Of a stretch of 64,000 nt of DNA, positions 27,166 to 38,291 are shown piece by piece. The stretch's first letter is position 1; every line of letters starts with the position of its first letter. Below the pieces are notes generated by a model. It was given only the letters and a program-made list of their open reading frames with translations, had not been told where the DNA came from and did no database searches. This DNA is from Caldisericia bacterium (GTDB taxonomy: Bacteria; Caldisericota; Caldisericia; JAAYUI01), in contig OY771555.1 in assembly GCA_963674785.1 (NCBI GenBank), positions 416,001 through 480,000 on the forward strand. Direction: 5' to 3'. The position numbers and the translations under genes are program-made.

Positions 27166-29163
27166 ATGAACAAAATTAATACAAAAGTCAGCTTTATTGT
27201 GGTCTTATCAATCATAATTCTAGCTTTCTCTCCATCACTTGACGTTAACGGAGACATTGAAACCATTAAGTTTCCTATTCTACCATCTGGTAACAAGACC
27301 ATCTCAGCAAGTGTTTCAAATAAACCATGTGTATTTAGTTTCGGCACCCTTTCACAGTCACTTAACAACAAAAGAACAGGGAATAACTCAAATGAATTCT
27401 TCATTACCAATAAGAATCTTGATATCACTAACACAGTAAATGCAGCTCAGAGGATTGATACTTTTGACACAAATGGAAGCTATTCACAGATCTTCCTAAA
27501 TCCCGAGTATATCAAATACACCGATGAAACAAAAAACCTTGGAATTTCAATTCTTTACGCAAATGGAAAGATAAAAGCTTTAGTTGGCAAAGATGTAAAC
27601 TGCCATCCACAACTTGACCTGATAACATTCACTGATGATGAATTCTTCTTTGTCTACGACACAAATTCTCTTAAAGAAATTGGGAGAATCGAGATTAGTG
27701 AAACATTAGAATCTGATTTTGAGGTTGAGTTTCTTTCCAAGATATTTGCGTTCATCAACAACGATACCGGCAGACATCTTTATGATTTCATAAATCATGA
27801 ATACATCCTCGAAGATTATGAATCAATTTTCAAAACTACATTTGGGGATTCCGATGATTTCATTGTATACCACGATCATCTTGTTGATTTGAACACTCAA
27901 AATATTTATCCACTGGAAATCCCTGAAAAATATCTTAATAACAAAGCAGGGACAACAAAAATACATGATGATTTTATAGATACATACATTGTGAGCTCTG
28001 ATCTTGAAAGCTATATGATTAGATTTGATATGTCAGGTGGCTTTGTAGATGAGTTTCCACTTGAAGCAATAGGTATCGATCAGGCATTGATCATTGATAC
28101 CTCAAAGGAATACATTATTTCATATGTTCCCCATAAAACCATTCCTATGAGAGCAATTGGTCTTAAAGTAACAGATTTACAAGATTATGCGGAATATATA
28201 ATCCCATATTCCATTTACACTTACTGTGAACCAATTGACATTGATGATGAATACATTTACCTCTCTGGAAAAAATGGATTCTTCAAAATCAATCATGAAA
28301 CAAAGGAGGTTTCAGTTAAACACAAACAACTATACACCTCAAAACCAGCAGTCTTCCAGAAAGATGAAAACCTGTTTGTGGTATACCCAGAAAGTGTGAA
28401 GGATGACTCAAAGCTTATCGCCTATCCAATCGATAATGACTTCCAAATTGACCCATCAAAATCTTTCACAGTTGAGAATGATTTTGAGTCTGGTTTTGCA
28501 GCAACCGATGAGCTAGCAGAAAATATCTCTGAAAAATTCGGTAAGTCTTTTTGTCACAAAAACTTTGAAACAGAAACATACCACGGTGGGCACATCATCT
28601 CAGACTCAGGGGAGGTCATTCAAAACGGACTTGGAGCATGGGAATTTCTAAAGGAATGTGATGATTATCTAATCGGTCTATCAAAGGAGTGGAAATTCTT
28701 TGGCACCCTCGGCAACACCCTCTGCAGATTTGAACCATGCCAGACATTCTCTTTAAAAAAGCTAGATTCGCAAACAGATGATGAGGTAAGATTTGAAATC
28801 GTAGCAACAGGAAACGGTGGGATTTTTGATGGAAAGGCCTATTTGGTTCCATGGTCAAATAATAATAGCAGCTCAACACCAAGATTTGCAAAACTTGGAG
28901 AAGCAGTTCCAATCAAGTTGCTTCCTGGCATGAAAGAGATTATTACACTCAATACGCCCGAGGAGAGGAGCTTGATAAATTCGACAAATGAGACTAATGA
29001 AAGTAGATGCTTCGCCCTAATCATTGAATCAAATGGATTGCTCGATATTAAAAACTCTGAGCTATCTGAAATAGATGATAGAGTAAGACCACTTTTTGAT
29101 GGGACACCTATTTCATTTGAGGAACAGAAAGCTGTCTCTTTGACTATGTGGGAGGTTGAGTAG
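27166..29163 (+). CDS. Secreted beta-rich protein, family A (conserved C-terminal SNGLLD..NSELSEIDD..WE domain)
   Basis: Signal peptide from MNKINTK; C-terminal EPCQTFSLKK...SNGLLD...LTMWE shared with the three following genes. Confidence 0.7.
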   Translation: MNKINTKVSFIVVLSIIILAFSPSLDVNGDIETIKFPILPSGNKTISASVSNKPCVFSFGTLSQSLNNKRTGNNSNEFFITNKNLDITNTVNAAQRIDTFDTNGSYSQIFLNPEYIKYTDETKNLGISILYANGKIKALVGKDVNCHPQLDLITFTDDEFFFVYDTNSLKEIGRIEISETLESDFEVEFLSKIFAFINNDTGRHLYDFINHEYILEDYESIFKTTFGDSDDFIVYHDHLVDLNTQNIYPLEIPEKYLNNKAGTTKIHDDFIDTYIVSSDLESYMIRFDMSGGFVDEFPLEAIGIDQALIIDTSKEYIISYVPHKTIPMRAIGLKVTDLQDYAEYIIPYSIYTYCEPIDIDDEYIYLSGKNGFFKINHETKEVSVKHKQLYTSKPAVFQKDENLFVVYPESVKDDSKLIAYPIDNDFQIDPSKSFTVENDFESGFAATDELAENISEKFGKSFCHKNFETETYHGGHIISDSGEVIQNGLGAWEFLKECDDYLIGLSKEWKFFGTLGNTLCRFEPCQTFSLKKLDSQTDDEVRFEIVATGNGGIFDGKAYLVPWSNNNSSSTPRFAKLGEAVPIKLLPGMKEIITLNTPEERSLINSTNETNESRCFALIIESNGLLDIKNSELSEIDDRVRPLFDGTPISFEEQKAVSLTMWEVE

Positions 29164-31623
29164 GTGAAGCGATTTGCTTTTTTAAGTTTTATTTTGATCA
29201 TTATTTTATCAGGCAACTCAATTGGAGTATCTGCAAAAAGGCAAGTCAAAGCACCTTTTCTTTACTCTGGCTTTTCATATTCATCTGGAAAATACTTTTT
29301 TTCAGATTCCACTGTTAAAATCGGCAGATGTATCGAAGATGATCTTGTCAATTCCAAAGATAGTCCGCCACTCTCCTACATCTATGATGGAAACTTGAAG
29401 GTTTCAAATTTCGGAAGTTTTATCCTCACCTCAAACCCTGATGATAGATGGAGTGATACATTTCTTACTGGAGATTTCGGTTCAAACACAATCTTTTCTA
29501 GTGATATGAAATATGTGGCTTACATGAAAGACAACGGTTTTGCCAGAGACTATGATTATCTGATGGTCATTGATACAGTAAAAATGGAAATCATCTACAG
29601 CTACAAATCAGAAACCATTTATAGCTACTTGTCTGCTCCGGAATTTATTGATGACATATTGATCTTTGGTGGCGATGAAGAATACCACTTTATCGATCTG
29701 AATACTGGTAGTAAATTTCTGACACTATCTGGAAATGAATATGGTTATCAGGAGTTTGATGACCATTACGGTTACCTCTATCTCAGGGAATCTAGGAAGA
29801 TTATTGATAAGGAAAGCAAAAAGATTCTTGGTGAATTCAACGTTCCTGGAGAACACAGCACACATAAATTCAGAGATGACCACATTGAGGTTCTACACTT
29901 TTATTTTCATCCACACGGAAACTATGGTGCAACTGAGTTGAAAGTGACAAGATGCGATAAATTCTTCAATATCACAGATGAATTCTCATTTACCCCAAGA
30001 GGCAATATAAAAAATAAAACATTATTTGGATCATTCGAAAATCTTGCATTGTGTCTTGATTTTGTCAGCCACACTCTTGAGGTCTATGACATGATTTCGG
30101 GAGATTTGAGATTCACACAACAGTTTCAAAAAAACCAAATTGAGAATGTAGAATTCAGAGGTTCTAAAGCTCTCATCAAGTGGGAAGGTGGACTTGAAGT
30201 TCTAAATCTTGAAACACTTTCAGTGGAAAATCAGTTCACATTCCCAAGAAAGACAGAATTATTGAAACATAAAAACTCAGTTTTTCAGATTAGGGAGTTG
30301 ATTGATGAAGACCTAAAAATGTCAAATGAACTCTTTCAAATAGGGTCTGACAACAAACCAATTTACCACACAAGAACAATCCTTCCCCATGGAGGTGTGT
30401 CCGTGTTCATGAACGATGAAACAGAGGTTGTGACAATTGAGCCAAAAACCAGAATTATCTCAAACAATGGAAAACCTGAAATCTACGGGTACATAGCACG
30501 ATTTCATAAGCTTGGAAGCAGAAACCATTACAAGGAATATCTCATGGGTTATAGCTATACCAAGGATTTTTTCTACAAAGATGGGAATGTTTACACAATT
30601 TCCGAAAGAGGTATTTTTGAATACAACCTAGAAACAGGAAATGACTCAATTATTGATAACTCAGGAGTTGTTAGGGGAGCTGAAAAAGCTGACTGCTCTT
30701 ATAATTACAATAATGAGAACCTGCTTGTTTCTTTCAAATCTTATTCTCATACTTGGACAAGATGTTATGATTTATCTGAAAAATCTAAAATCTTCGAGGA
30801 CGAGAAGTATTCAGAAAATATTCATCTTTTTTGTGGAGCTTTTGTAATTGATAACAAAGTGGTTCCAATAGACACATTAAAAGAATACGAATTCGAAGGA
30901 ACTCCTTGTTTTGTTGATGGAGAAATTTTCATCTATGCAAGTGGAAACACAACATATTTCCTGGATTTGGAAACAGGTGAAAAAACAGATAATGGTGGTG
31001 TTTTTGCTGTGACTCAAGATTTTAGCAAACTTGGAGGTCTTTATCTTTCTGGGCAGACCATCATAGACTCAAAAGGAATCCCAATTCAAAAGCTGAACTT
31101 GTCACAAACTGCAATTTCTGAAAACCAGCTGTTTTATGATAATGAAAGTTATCTTTCATTCTTTAGCACACTTGAGCCTTGCCCGACATTTTCTATTAAA
31201 AGGATTGAAAATTCCGACGATGATAAGATTTCTTTTGAAATCGAGTACACAAGAAATGATGGAATTACCACACCACTTGAAGGGCAAGCCTATCTTATTC
31301 CATGGAAGTATGACCTGATTTTAGCAAGAAACAGCAAAAAAGTTCAGCTGGAACCAATGCTTCCAGGGATGAAACAGAATATATCTTTTGAACCAGCTGA
31401 TTCGAATTCAGCGATCTTTGCCCCATCCCTTTCAAGCGAAACAAACACAGAAGACGAGGGAAATCATTTTGCACTGATTATTGAATCAAATGGAATGCTC
31501 GATGTAGCAAACTCTGAGTTATCTGAAATCGATGACAGGGTAAGACCACTTTTTGATGGGACACCTGTTTCATTTGAGGAGCAGAAGGCAGTTGTTTTGA
31601 CTGTGTGGGAAAATGAGCCCTAA
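29164..31623 (+). CDS. Secreted beta-propeller-like protein, family A
   Basis: Signal peptide, 'DLxTG' blade motifs, conserved C-terminal domain. Confidence 0.75.
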   Translation: MKRFAFLSFILIIILSGNSIGVSAKRQVKAPFLYSGFSYSSGKYFFSDSTVKIGRCIEDDLVNSKDSPPLSYIYDGNLKVSNFGSFILTSNPDDRWSDTFLTGDFGSNTIFSSDMKYVAYMKDNGFARDYDYLMVIDTVKMEIIYSYKSETIYSYLSAPEFIDDILIFGGDEEYHFIDLNTGSKFLTLSGNEYGYQEFDDHYGYLYLRESRKIIDKESKKILGEFNVPGEHSTHKFRDDHIEVLHFYFHPHGNYGATELKVTRCDKFFNITDEFSFTPRGNIKNKTLFGSFENLALCLDFVSHTLEVYDMISGDLRFTQQFQKNQIENVEFRGSKALIKWEGGLEVLNLETLSVENQFTFPRKTELLKHKNSVFQIRELIDEDLKMSNELFQIGSDNKPIYHTRTILPHGGVSVFMNDETEVVTIEPKTRIISNNGKPEIYGYIARFHKLGSRNHYKEYLMGYSYTKDFFYKDGNVYTISERGIFEYNLETGNDSIIDNSGVVRGAEKADCSYNYNNENLLVSFKSYSHTWTRCYDLSEKSKIFEDEKYSENIHLFCGAFVIDNKVVPIDTLKEYEFEGTPCFVDGEIFIYASGNTTYFLDLETGEKTDNGGVFAVTQDFSKLGGLYLSGQTIIDSKGIPIQKLNLSQTAISENQLFYDNESYLSFFSTLEPCPTFSIKRIENSDDDKISFEIEYTRNDGITTPLEGQAYLIPWKYDLILARNSKKVQLEPMLPGMKQNISFEPADSNSAIFAPSLSSETNTEDEGNHFALIIESNGMLDVANSELSEIDDRVRPLFDGTPVSFEEQKAVVLTVWENEP

Positions 31624-31651
31624 TTTTCAACATGAAGGGGAGTGACTACCA

Positions 31652-34314
31652 ATGAAAAAGATAGTAAGTTTCTGTTTGGCAATTTTTCTGGTTTTTGGTT
31701 TGACAAGCATCTACGCAACTCCAGAACTACCAACCTGGCATAACCCAATGGAGGATGCAAGCTTCATGGGGTATGTTGATGAGGATGTTGCACTTCCAGT
31801 TTTAGCAAATGGTACACTTGAGCTTGGAGGAAGGGTAGAATTCAACTACTTTGATGCTGATAGGTATATAGATGGTACATTTAATGGATTATCATACCTA
31901 AAACCAAATGGTGATTTTACAAAACCATACCTTTCAAATAATTATGATATGTACTTCTTTCCATATCCTGAAATCACTTACTTATACACAGATATTTCGA
32001 ATGATTCAACACTTATCACAAGAAAAAATATTGAAACAGGGGACTCTTACTCTTGGATAACATCATGCACACCAATTGAAGGGACAAAATGTGTTGGAAG
32101 AGTAGTTTTTGATGATAATGAGGAGTTCTATAAATTCCGAAGGCAGGTATGGGATAAAACTGGTCATCTCTGGACATGGCCTTCACATAATCAAGATACT
32201 TTCGACTATAACCCAATCTCTGAAGAAGCTATCACTATATCCGATAAACCATATGAGATTTATGTTGACACAGGAAAAGAATGGAATCGCTACTATATAA
32301 CAGACGGTGAAATAGCAGTTAGTAGAACATACTCTAAGATTAAAGAAGAAAAATATCTTGTCTTCAACCGAAAAACCAGAGAACACATCGGATATTTACC
32401 ATTTGAAATTGTTCGTATTACACCAGAGTATCTTGAAACAGGACGAGAAAACCTTGATGATGGAACCAGAAGACTTGTCAGATACAAGAGAGATACACTT
32501 GAAGAGATCGAAAGGTCTGATGATTTTCCACATACCCTAGGGTTCAATTACTATAAAGGCATTAAGTTGTATGAAGAATACGAACTCATAGAAACTGAAA
32601 ATAAAATTAAATACAATTACTACTATCGAATCAAAAAAGATAAGAATGTTATTCTCGAAAAACCTCAATATACCCACAAAAAAGAAAATGGAACCGAAGA
32701 AAAAATCTTTTACGGCGAAATGCGCATCCAAGACCATTTTGCTGTCTACATCACAGATTTTGAAGTAGAGTTTTATGATCTTGATATGATAGATCCAGAC
32801 ACTGGAGAGCCCAAGCTTGTCAAAGTCATCCCAATTCCAAACCGTGTTGAGCTGATTAGAAATGGCGATAATTTCATCTCTGCAAACTATGATGGAAGTG
32901 GGATCAGAATTAGGAAGATCGATCCAGATAATCTCAGAGTAGACCCAACAAAAGAAATCTATCTGGAAAACATCAAAGACTATAACTGGAATGATGGATA
33001 TACAAACAGAATAAACCCTGATAATACTGGTATTTGGTTTATGGATATTCATGATGAAAAACTAAAACTCAGGCATTTCCAGTGGAATTCATTATGTCCT
33101 GATAAAGAAATAATTCTGGTTGATGAGATCGGTGGAAGTATTGAAGCAACAATCTGGGGTGGGATGAGAATATATGTAGCGGTAAGTGATGAAACTGAAT
33201 CAACTGTATACATGATTTCACCTGGTTTTGAGACAAAAAAGATACCTCTAGAAGAAAAATATAGAATCGTGACAATAACAGCTGATGGTGACAGGATCGC
33301 TCTTGCTGCCACTCTTGGGCATACGAGTAAATCTATTGTCGTAAACGCACAGGATGGATCAATAAAAAGCAAATACTATGGAAACGCTCATATTGGAGTT
33401 AAAGGGGATCTATTTATCGAGTTCAACAACTCCGCAGGTCAATTATACAAAATAGAAGTCTCGAAAGAATTTGTCAAGCAATAGTTCTTGGATACAAAGA
33501 TGGCTGTCTTTATATATCAGATTATGATAAAATAAAGGTCTTTGATATTGGGCTTCTCAAGTTCACGGATGAAGTTGATATAAATGGTGATCTTTATAAG
33601 GAAAATAATGGATATACTATGAAATCAACATCAACCAGAAACGCGATACTCTCAGATTATCTCTTTTTTGATTATGATGGAAACATAATTCAACATGCTC
33701 CGAAATTCAATTCAATTGAGATTTCTACTCCTTACGAAATCCATGGAAACTCACTTCTTAGAAATACAAATGGAATCATCATCAAGTCTGATCCTTGTCC
33801 CTCATACAGTTTGAAACAAGTAGAAAGTGATGACCCACTCAAAGTGAGTTTTGAAATCACAAACACAAGAACCGATGGACTTTCTGATGTTTTAGATGGT
33901 AAAGCCTTTGTTGTAGCCTGGGGTGAAAAGAAGGAAAGAGTTGGATACGAAAACAATGAAATCATCTATGCAGATGTCCCTGCCGCACCAATATGGGGCA
34001 ACCTTGATAGCGACGAAAAACTTGATATTGGTTCTCTTTCAAAAGGAGAATCGGTGATACTTTCATTTACACTTCCAAAACCTAACTCTGTTGTTCAACA
34101 TCCCGAATTTGATTATTCAGATTCAGATGACCCAAATGATCTGAAATATGTTGCTCTTGTTACCTACTCAAATGGACTACTCGATGTAGCAAACTCTGAG
34201 CTTTCTGAAATTGATGACAAAGTAAGACCACTTTTTGATGGAACACCAGTTTCATTTGAGGATCAGAAGGCTGTATCTTTGACTGTGTGGGAAATCGGTG
34301 ATTTGATGAAATAA
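31652..34314 (+). pseudogene. Family A secreted protein split by a -1 frameshift (ORFs 31652..33484 and 33619..34314)
   Basis: The downstream frame is open from 33403 and reads IVLGYKDGCLYISDYDKIKVFDI across the upstream stop. The signal peptide is in the first ORF and the family C-terminal domain in the second. Confidence 0.75.
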
Positions 34315-34331
34315 AAAAAGGAGCGTATCTC

Positions 34332-36710
34332 ATGAAAAAGGTTTTGTTTTTAGTGACCATCATCTTGGTAGCATCAATTGGGTTTTCATATGCCTCAGAA
34401 ATAAAATTAACCGCTCCATATCTTCCCTGCGGCACCTCTGGAGTCGGATGTACTAGTATTGGCAGGTTTACAGATGGAAAAATCCTGATAGATAATCATA
34501 ACTCATATCAAGTTTATGATGTAGAAACTTATACTTTCTCAAAACTGGATTTGGGGACAGAATCAATCTGTCAAATCGAAAAAGATTGGTATGTAACTTC
34601 CACCCAATTTGATATGGAACTCTTCAAATATACCATCTATCCAGATATGAAAGAATTCATCTCAACAAATTCAAAACCATTATTCCTCGATAAATCCGGA
34701 ACAAATATCCAGTTTTCCAAAGATTCAAAAACAATTACAAAATTTGATCATACCGGTAAAACTATATGGACAAAAGAGACCGGTTTAGAACCAAAAAGCT
34801 CTTCTGAATTATTCAAAATAAATGATGATTTTTTTGTGGTTTCAACAACTGGAGAAACAGAGATATTTGATGTGGAAAATGGGGAGCTGAAACATCACCT
34901 TGATTTTGGAGTCAGCAAATGGGCTGAAAACATTTCATCTGAAAAACTGGCAATTCTTTCAGGCAGGATTTATTCTCTACCTGATTTCAAACTTATTACT
35001 GAAATTGTTGATGCTGAACTCTTTGAACTAGATGATGATGGTTTTTCAGCAGTTTTTAAAAACGATAATTCAATTGAGCTCATATATTTTGATTCTTCCG
35101 GGAAAGACATTGAAACGCTCAGTTATGAAATAAAACTAGAGGAAAGAAAGCATCCACTTCAAAGAATCGGTGAACACCTTTTGGTTCTTCATGAAAAAAA
35201 TCAGTCATTTGATGTTATCAACATTCGAACCGGAGAAATTGAAAAATTATTTCCATATCAAAAGCTCGATGAAAACCAATTCAGAGGATTCAAAATAAAG
35301 GATTGCTTCATGCTCTATCATGGAAGAGTCATGAATATCTACAATCCTGTCACAACTGAACTGAAGGAGATTGAAGTTCCCACAAGAATGCGCATGATTG
35401 ATGATGATCATTACTGGTACTATGGCTCAGACAATATCACCATAAAATCACTTGATACTGATTTTGAAAGGACTATTCCGATTGTTCCCGGTGGATATGA
35501 TTATTATGAAGAGGGTTATGGGATATTGTTTGAGATTGATGGAGAGAATATTCTCGAGTTTACAGTTCCAAAGGATTCCAAATACTGCCCCATCATACAC
35601 AGTGAAAAAGTTAGAACAAAGATTCCAAGACCAATTGATGGAAGACTTATCAGTTATGAAAATGGATACGGACTTTTCAGGATAATGCATGGTGAATACT
35701 ACGACTATTCATATTATCTATATGAATTCAAAGACAGAAAGTGGAATCTGCTCAAAAGTTGGGAGCATGTTGATGGCTATTATTTTGAGATAAATCGTGA
35801 GAAGCAATTACTCTCTATCCGATTCGATATGGATCTGCAGATACTTGATTTAAGTAGTCTTGAGATTATCAATGAACTTAAAATGGCTTTTTACTCATCC
35901 GAGAGAGCTGTTTTCATGATTGATGATCTTCTCTACACAAATGTGAGGGTTTTTGATTATTCAGAAGAATCTTTGTACTCGGGGAAGAAACTGGAATACC
36001 TGGGAAGAGATGATAATAACCTTTATTTCAAGGATGGTCATTATTTCATTACCATCGAAGATGGAAGATCAGCAAAATGGATTAAGTTTGAAGATGATGA
36101 ACCTGAAGCTCCTTTTGGTAACAATGTTTATGCTCCACCATTTTTGTATGATATGAATGTAAATCGGATTCAGTGGCTGCCATATGGAACCAGTTACAAT
36201 GCTCCATCATCAAACAAAATTTGTAGTTTTGTTGATGATGACTCAGTTTGTCTTATGTCAAAAAAAGAGTATAGTGGTTCGGCAACTCCAATCACAAAAT
36301 ATAAACCCTGCCAGACTTTTTCCCTGAAAAAACTGGAATCAGAAAACCCTGATGAAGCCACATTTGAAGTAAAAGCAACAAGAGATGATGGGTTATCAGA
36401 AAAGTTTTCAGGTGAATTTTATCTCATCTCCTGGGATACAGACAACACCAAGCCCATTTTTGCCCCTCTTGGTGAAAGCATAGAGATTACAAGCCTCAAA
36501 CCAGGATTATCAAAAAAAATCACATTCACGCTTCCAGAGTCATCTGAAAATGTTGTATTGGTAACAAAATCAAATGGTCTACTTGATGTAGAAAACTCAG
36601 AGCTTTCAGATATTGATGATTTGTTCAGAACAAAATATGATGGAATAATAACTTCATTTGAGGAGCGAAAAGCCGTTTCTTTGACAATCTGGGAGGGAGT
36701 GAAAAAATGA
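34332..36710 (+). CDS. Secreted beta-propeller-like protein, family A
   Basis: Signal peptide; KPCQTFSLKK...SNGLLDVENSELSDIDD...SFEERKAVSLTIWE. Confidence 0.75.
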   Translation: MKKVLFLVTIILVASIGFSYASEIKLTAPYLPCGTSGVGCTSIGRFTDGKILIDNHNSYQVYDVETYTFSKLDLGTESICQIEKDWYVTSTQFDMELFKYTIYPDMKEFISTNSKPLFLDKSGTNIQFSKDSKTITKFDHTGKTIWTKETGLEPKSSSELFKINDDFFVVSTTGETEIFDVENGELKHHLDFGVSKWAENISSEKLAILSGRIYSLPDFKLITEIVDAELFELDDDGFSAVFKNDNSIELIYFDSSGKDIETLSYEIKLEERKHPLQRIGEHLLVLHEKNQSFDVINIRTGEIEKLFPYQKLDENQFRGFKIKDCFMLYHGRVMNIYNPVTTELKEIEVPTRMRMIDDDHYWYYGSDNITIKSLDTDFERTIPIVPGGYDYYEEGYGILFEIDGENILEFTVPKDSKYCPIIHSEKVRTKIPRPIDGRLISYENGYGLFRIMHGEYYDYSYYLYEFKDRKWNLLKSWEHVDGYYFEINREKQLLSIRFDMDLQILDLSSLEIINELKMAFYSSERAVFMIDDLLYTNVRVFDYSEESLYSGKKLEYLGRDDNNLYFKDGHYFITIEDGRSAKWIKFEDDEPEAPFGNNVYAPPFLYDMNVNRIQWLPYGTSYNAPSSNKICSFVDDDSVCLMSKKEYSGSATPITKYKPCQTFSLKKLESENPDEATFEVKATRDDGLSEKFSGEFYLISWDTDNTKPIFAPLGESIEITSLKPGLSKKITFTLPESSENVVLVTKSNGLLDVENSELSDIDDLFRTKYDGIITSFEERKAVSLTIWEGVKK

Positions 36711-38272
36711 AGAAAACAAAAATCATTGGCTTTACGATAGTTATTATCATTACAGCTTTTCTTTTCTTAACAATCGCAGCAGGCAAAAATACTACTGAGA
36801 ACACCGGACATTTTGGTTACCCATACTTTTTTTCATCAGTTTCACAAGATGGTTTTTTCCAGATGATTTCACTAAAGTGTGGCTTATCACAATTTAGAGA
36901 TGTTGAATCTGGTAGACTAATCAGCGTTTATGACCATGATGTTTTTGCAGATCATCCAGAAATCATTGGTAAGTACATCCAAACACTTGGAGAAGATGAA
37001 CATGGAAAAATCAATGAAATATATCTGGAAGACCGAGATGGAAACAAGCACACCCTCGACCCAAAAGATGGTATGCAAATTCTACTTTTTGATGATGAAA
37101 TAATTCAGCTTCATCAAGAGTTCGGCAAAGATGACAGGAAGATTTGGCGGGAAGTTGATGGCAAGATAATTTGGGAGCTTGGATTTTCAGAGGAATCAGG
37201 CATGTCAGGCGATTTTGGTCAAGAAATAAATGGATTTCAAACAACCGATCTTTTTAGAGACTATGTTTGGATAATTGACAATGAAAACTTAGAGTACAAA
37301 GTGCTTGACCCTAGGGATGGTGAAACATGTTATGAGATAGGTAGCCAGATTTTAACTGGTTTCAAAACCAATGGTTTGCTTGCTGTTTTGACACTTGAAA
37401 ACCTAGATCATAAAAGAAAGATGATATCAGTGGTAAACACAGATACCTGGGAAACAGTTTTCGAAATTAAAAAAGATGAGTACTTCAAATCCTATATCTA
37501 TGAAAACAAAGCAACAATTGTCATTGGTCCAAAACCTAGTGGAATCTGGGATAAGATCACCCACAAGGTTTATATTATCGATAAAGATAATGGACTTGAG
37601 GGTGAATATCAGGTGACTTTTCCAACTCCATATGTCAAAGGGTCGACAAGCCTAAAAAATGCAAAAGAGCATCTACTTTGCTATTCCATTCCCACAAAGA
37701 ACGGACTGATAATCAAAGATGCAAGAACAGACACAACCATTTGGGAACCAGATTATTTGATATATTATCCAATAGTCAGAGTTTCAGGAGACACGATGGT
37801 CATCGGTAATGGCTCAGAATCTGTTATTGCACTGGATACAAAGAATTTTGATATACTTTGGAAATACAGACTTACGAACACCCAAGAAGTGGTAGCTGAA
37901 TTTGACGGACTTGAATACATCAGAGTCGAGCATGTTATCAAGGTCAGGGATACAAAATTTAATGTGATTGAGCCATATGAATACGATATTTCTGATTCTC
38001 TCGCTGAGGCTGATTGCATTCCCTCAAAATATGGATTGGTCATTGTTCCAAACTCAAAGTATAGCACCTTACATGAAATCAGCTTTCTAAAACCTGGAAT
38101 AGATGAGCCAGTATACTCAAAATTCATTAGAGGTCGGTGGGTAGAGAGCTGGGAAAGAATGGATAACCCTGAATACATCAAGCTTTCAACAACCAGCAAT
38201 GAAAGCTACATGAAAGACATTGTTTGGTACCTGCATATTCCAACAGGATTTATGTCAATTGAAGCACCATGA
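36707..38272 (+). CDS. Secreted PQQ-like propeller protein, family B
   Basis: N-terminal signal/anchor; FRDVESGRLI; AEFDGLEYI...EPYEYDI...KPGIDEPVY...WYLHIPTG. Confidence 0.7.
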   Translation: MKKTKIIGFTIVIIITAFLFLTIAAGKNTTENTGHFGYPYFFSSVSQDGFFQMISLKCGLSQFRDVESGRLISVYDHDVFADHPEIIGKYIQTLGEDEHGKINEIYLEDRDGNKHTLDPKDGMQILLFDDEIIQLHQEFGKDDRKIWREVDGKIIWELGFSEESGMSGDFGQEINGFQTTDLFRDYVWIIDNENLEYKVLDPRDGETCYEIGSQILTGFKTNGLLAVLTLENLDHKRKMISVVNTDTWETVFEIKKDEYFKSYIYENKATIVIGPKPSGIWDKITHKVYIIDKDNGLEGEYQVTFPTPYVKGSTSLKNAKEHLLCYSIPTKNGLIIKDARTDTTIWEPDYLIYYPIVRVSGDTMVIGNGSESVIALDTKNFDILWKYRLTNTQEVVAEFDGLEYIRVEHVIKVRDTKFNVIEPYEYDISDSLAEADCIPSKYGLVIVPNSKYSTLHEISFLKPGIDEPVYSKFIRGRWVESWERMDNPEYIKLSTTSNESYMKDIVWYLHIPTGFMSIEAP

Positions 38273-38291
38273 TTCAAAAGGGAGAGTTATA

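Noticed and set aside
29029-36695. 3'-end repeats as diversity-generating retroelement VR/TR
   Set aside because: Differences are mostly synonymous third-position changes, not adenine-specific. All copies are coding, and no reverse transcriptase is in the window.
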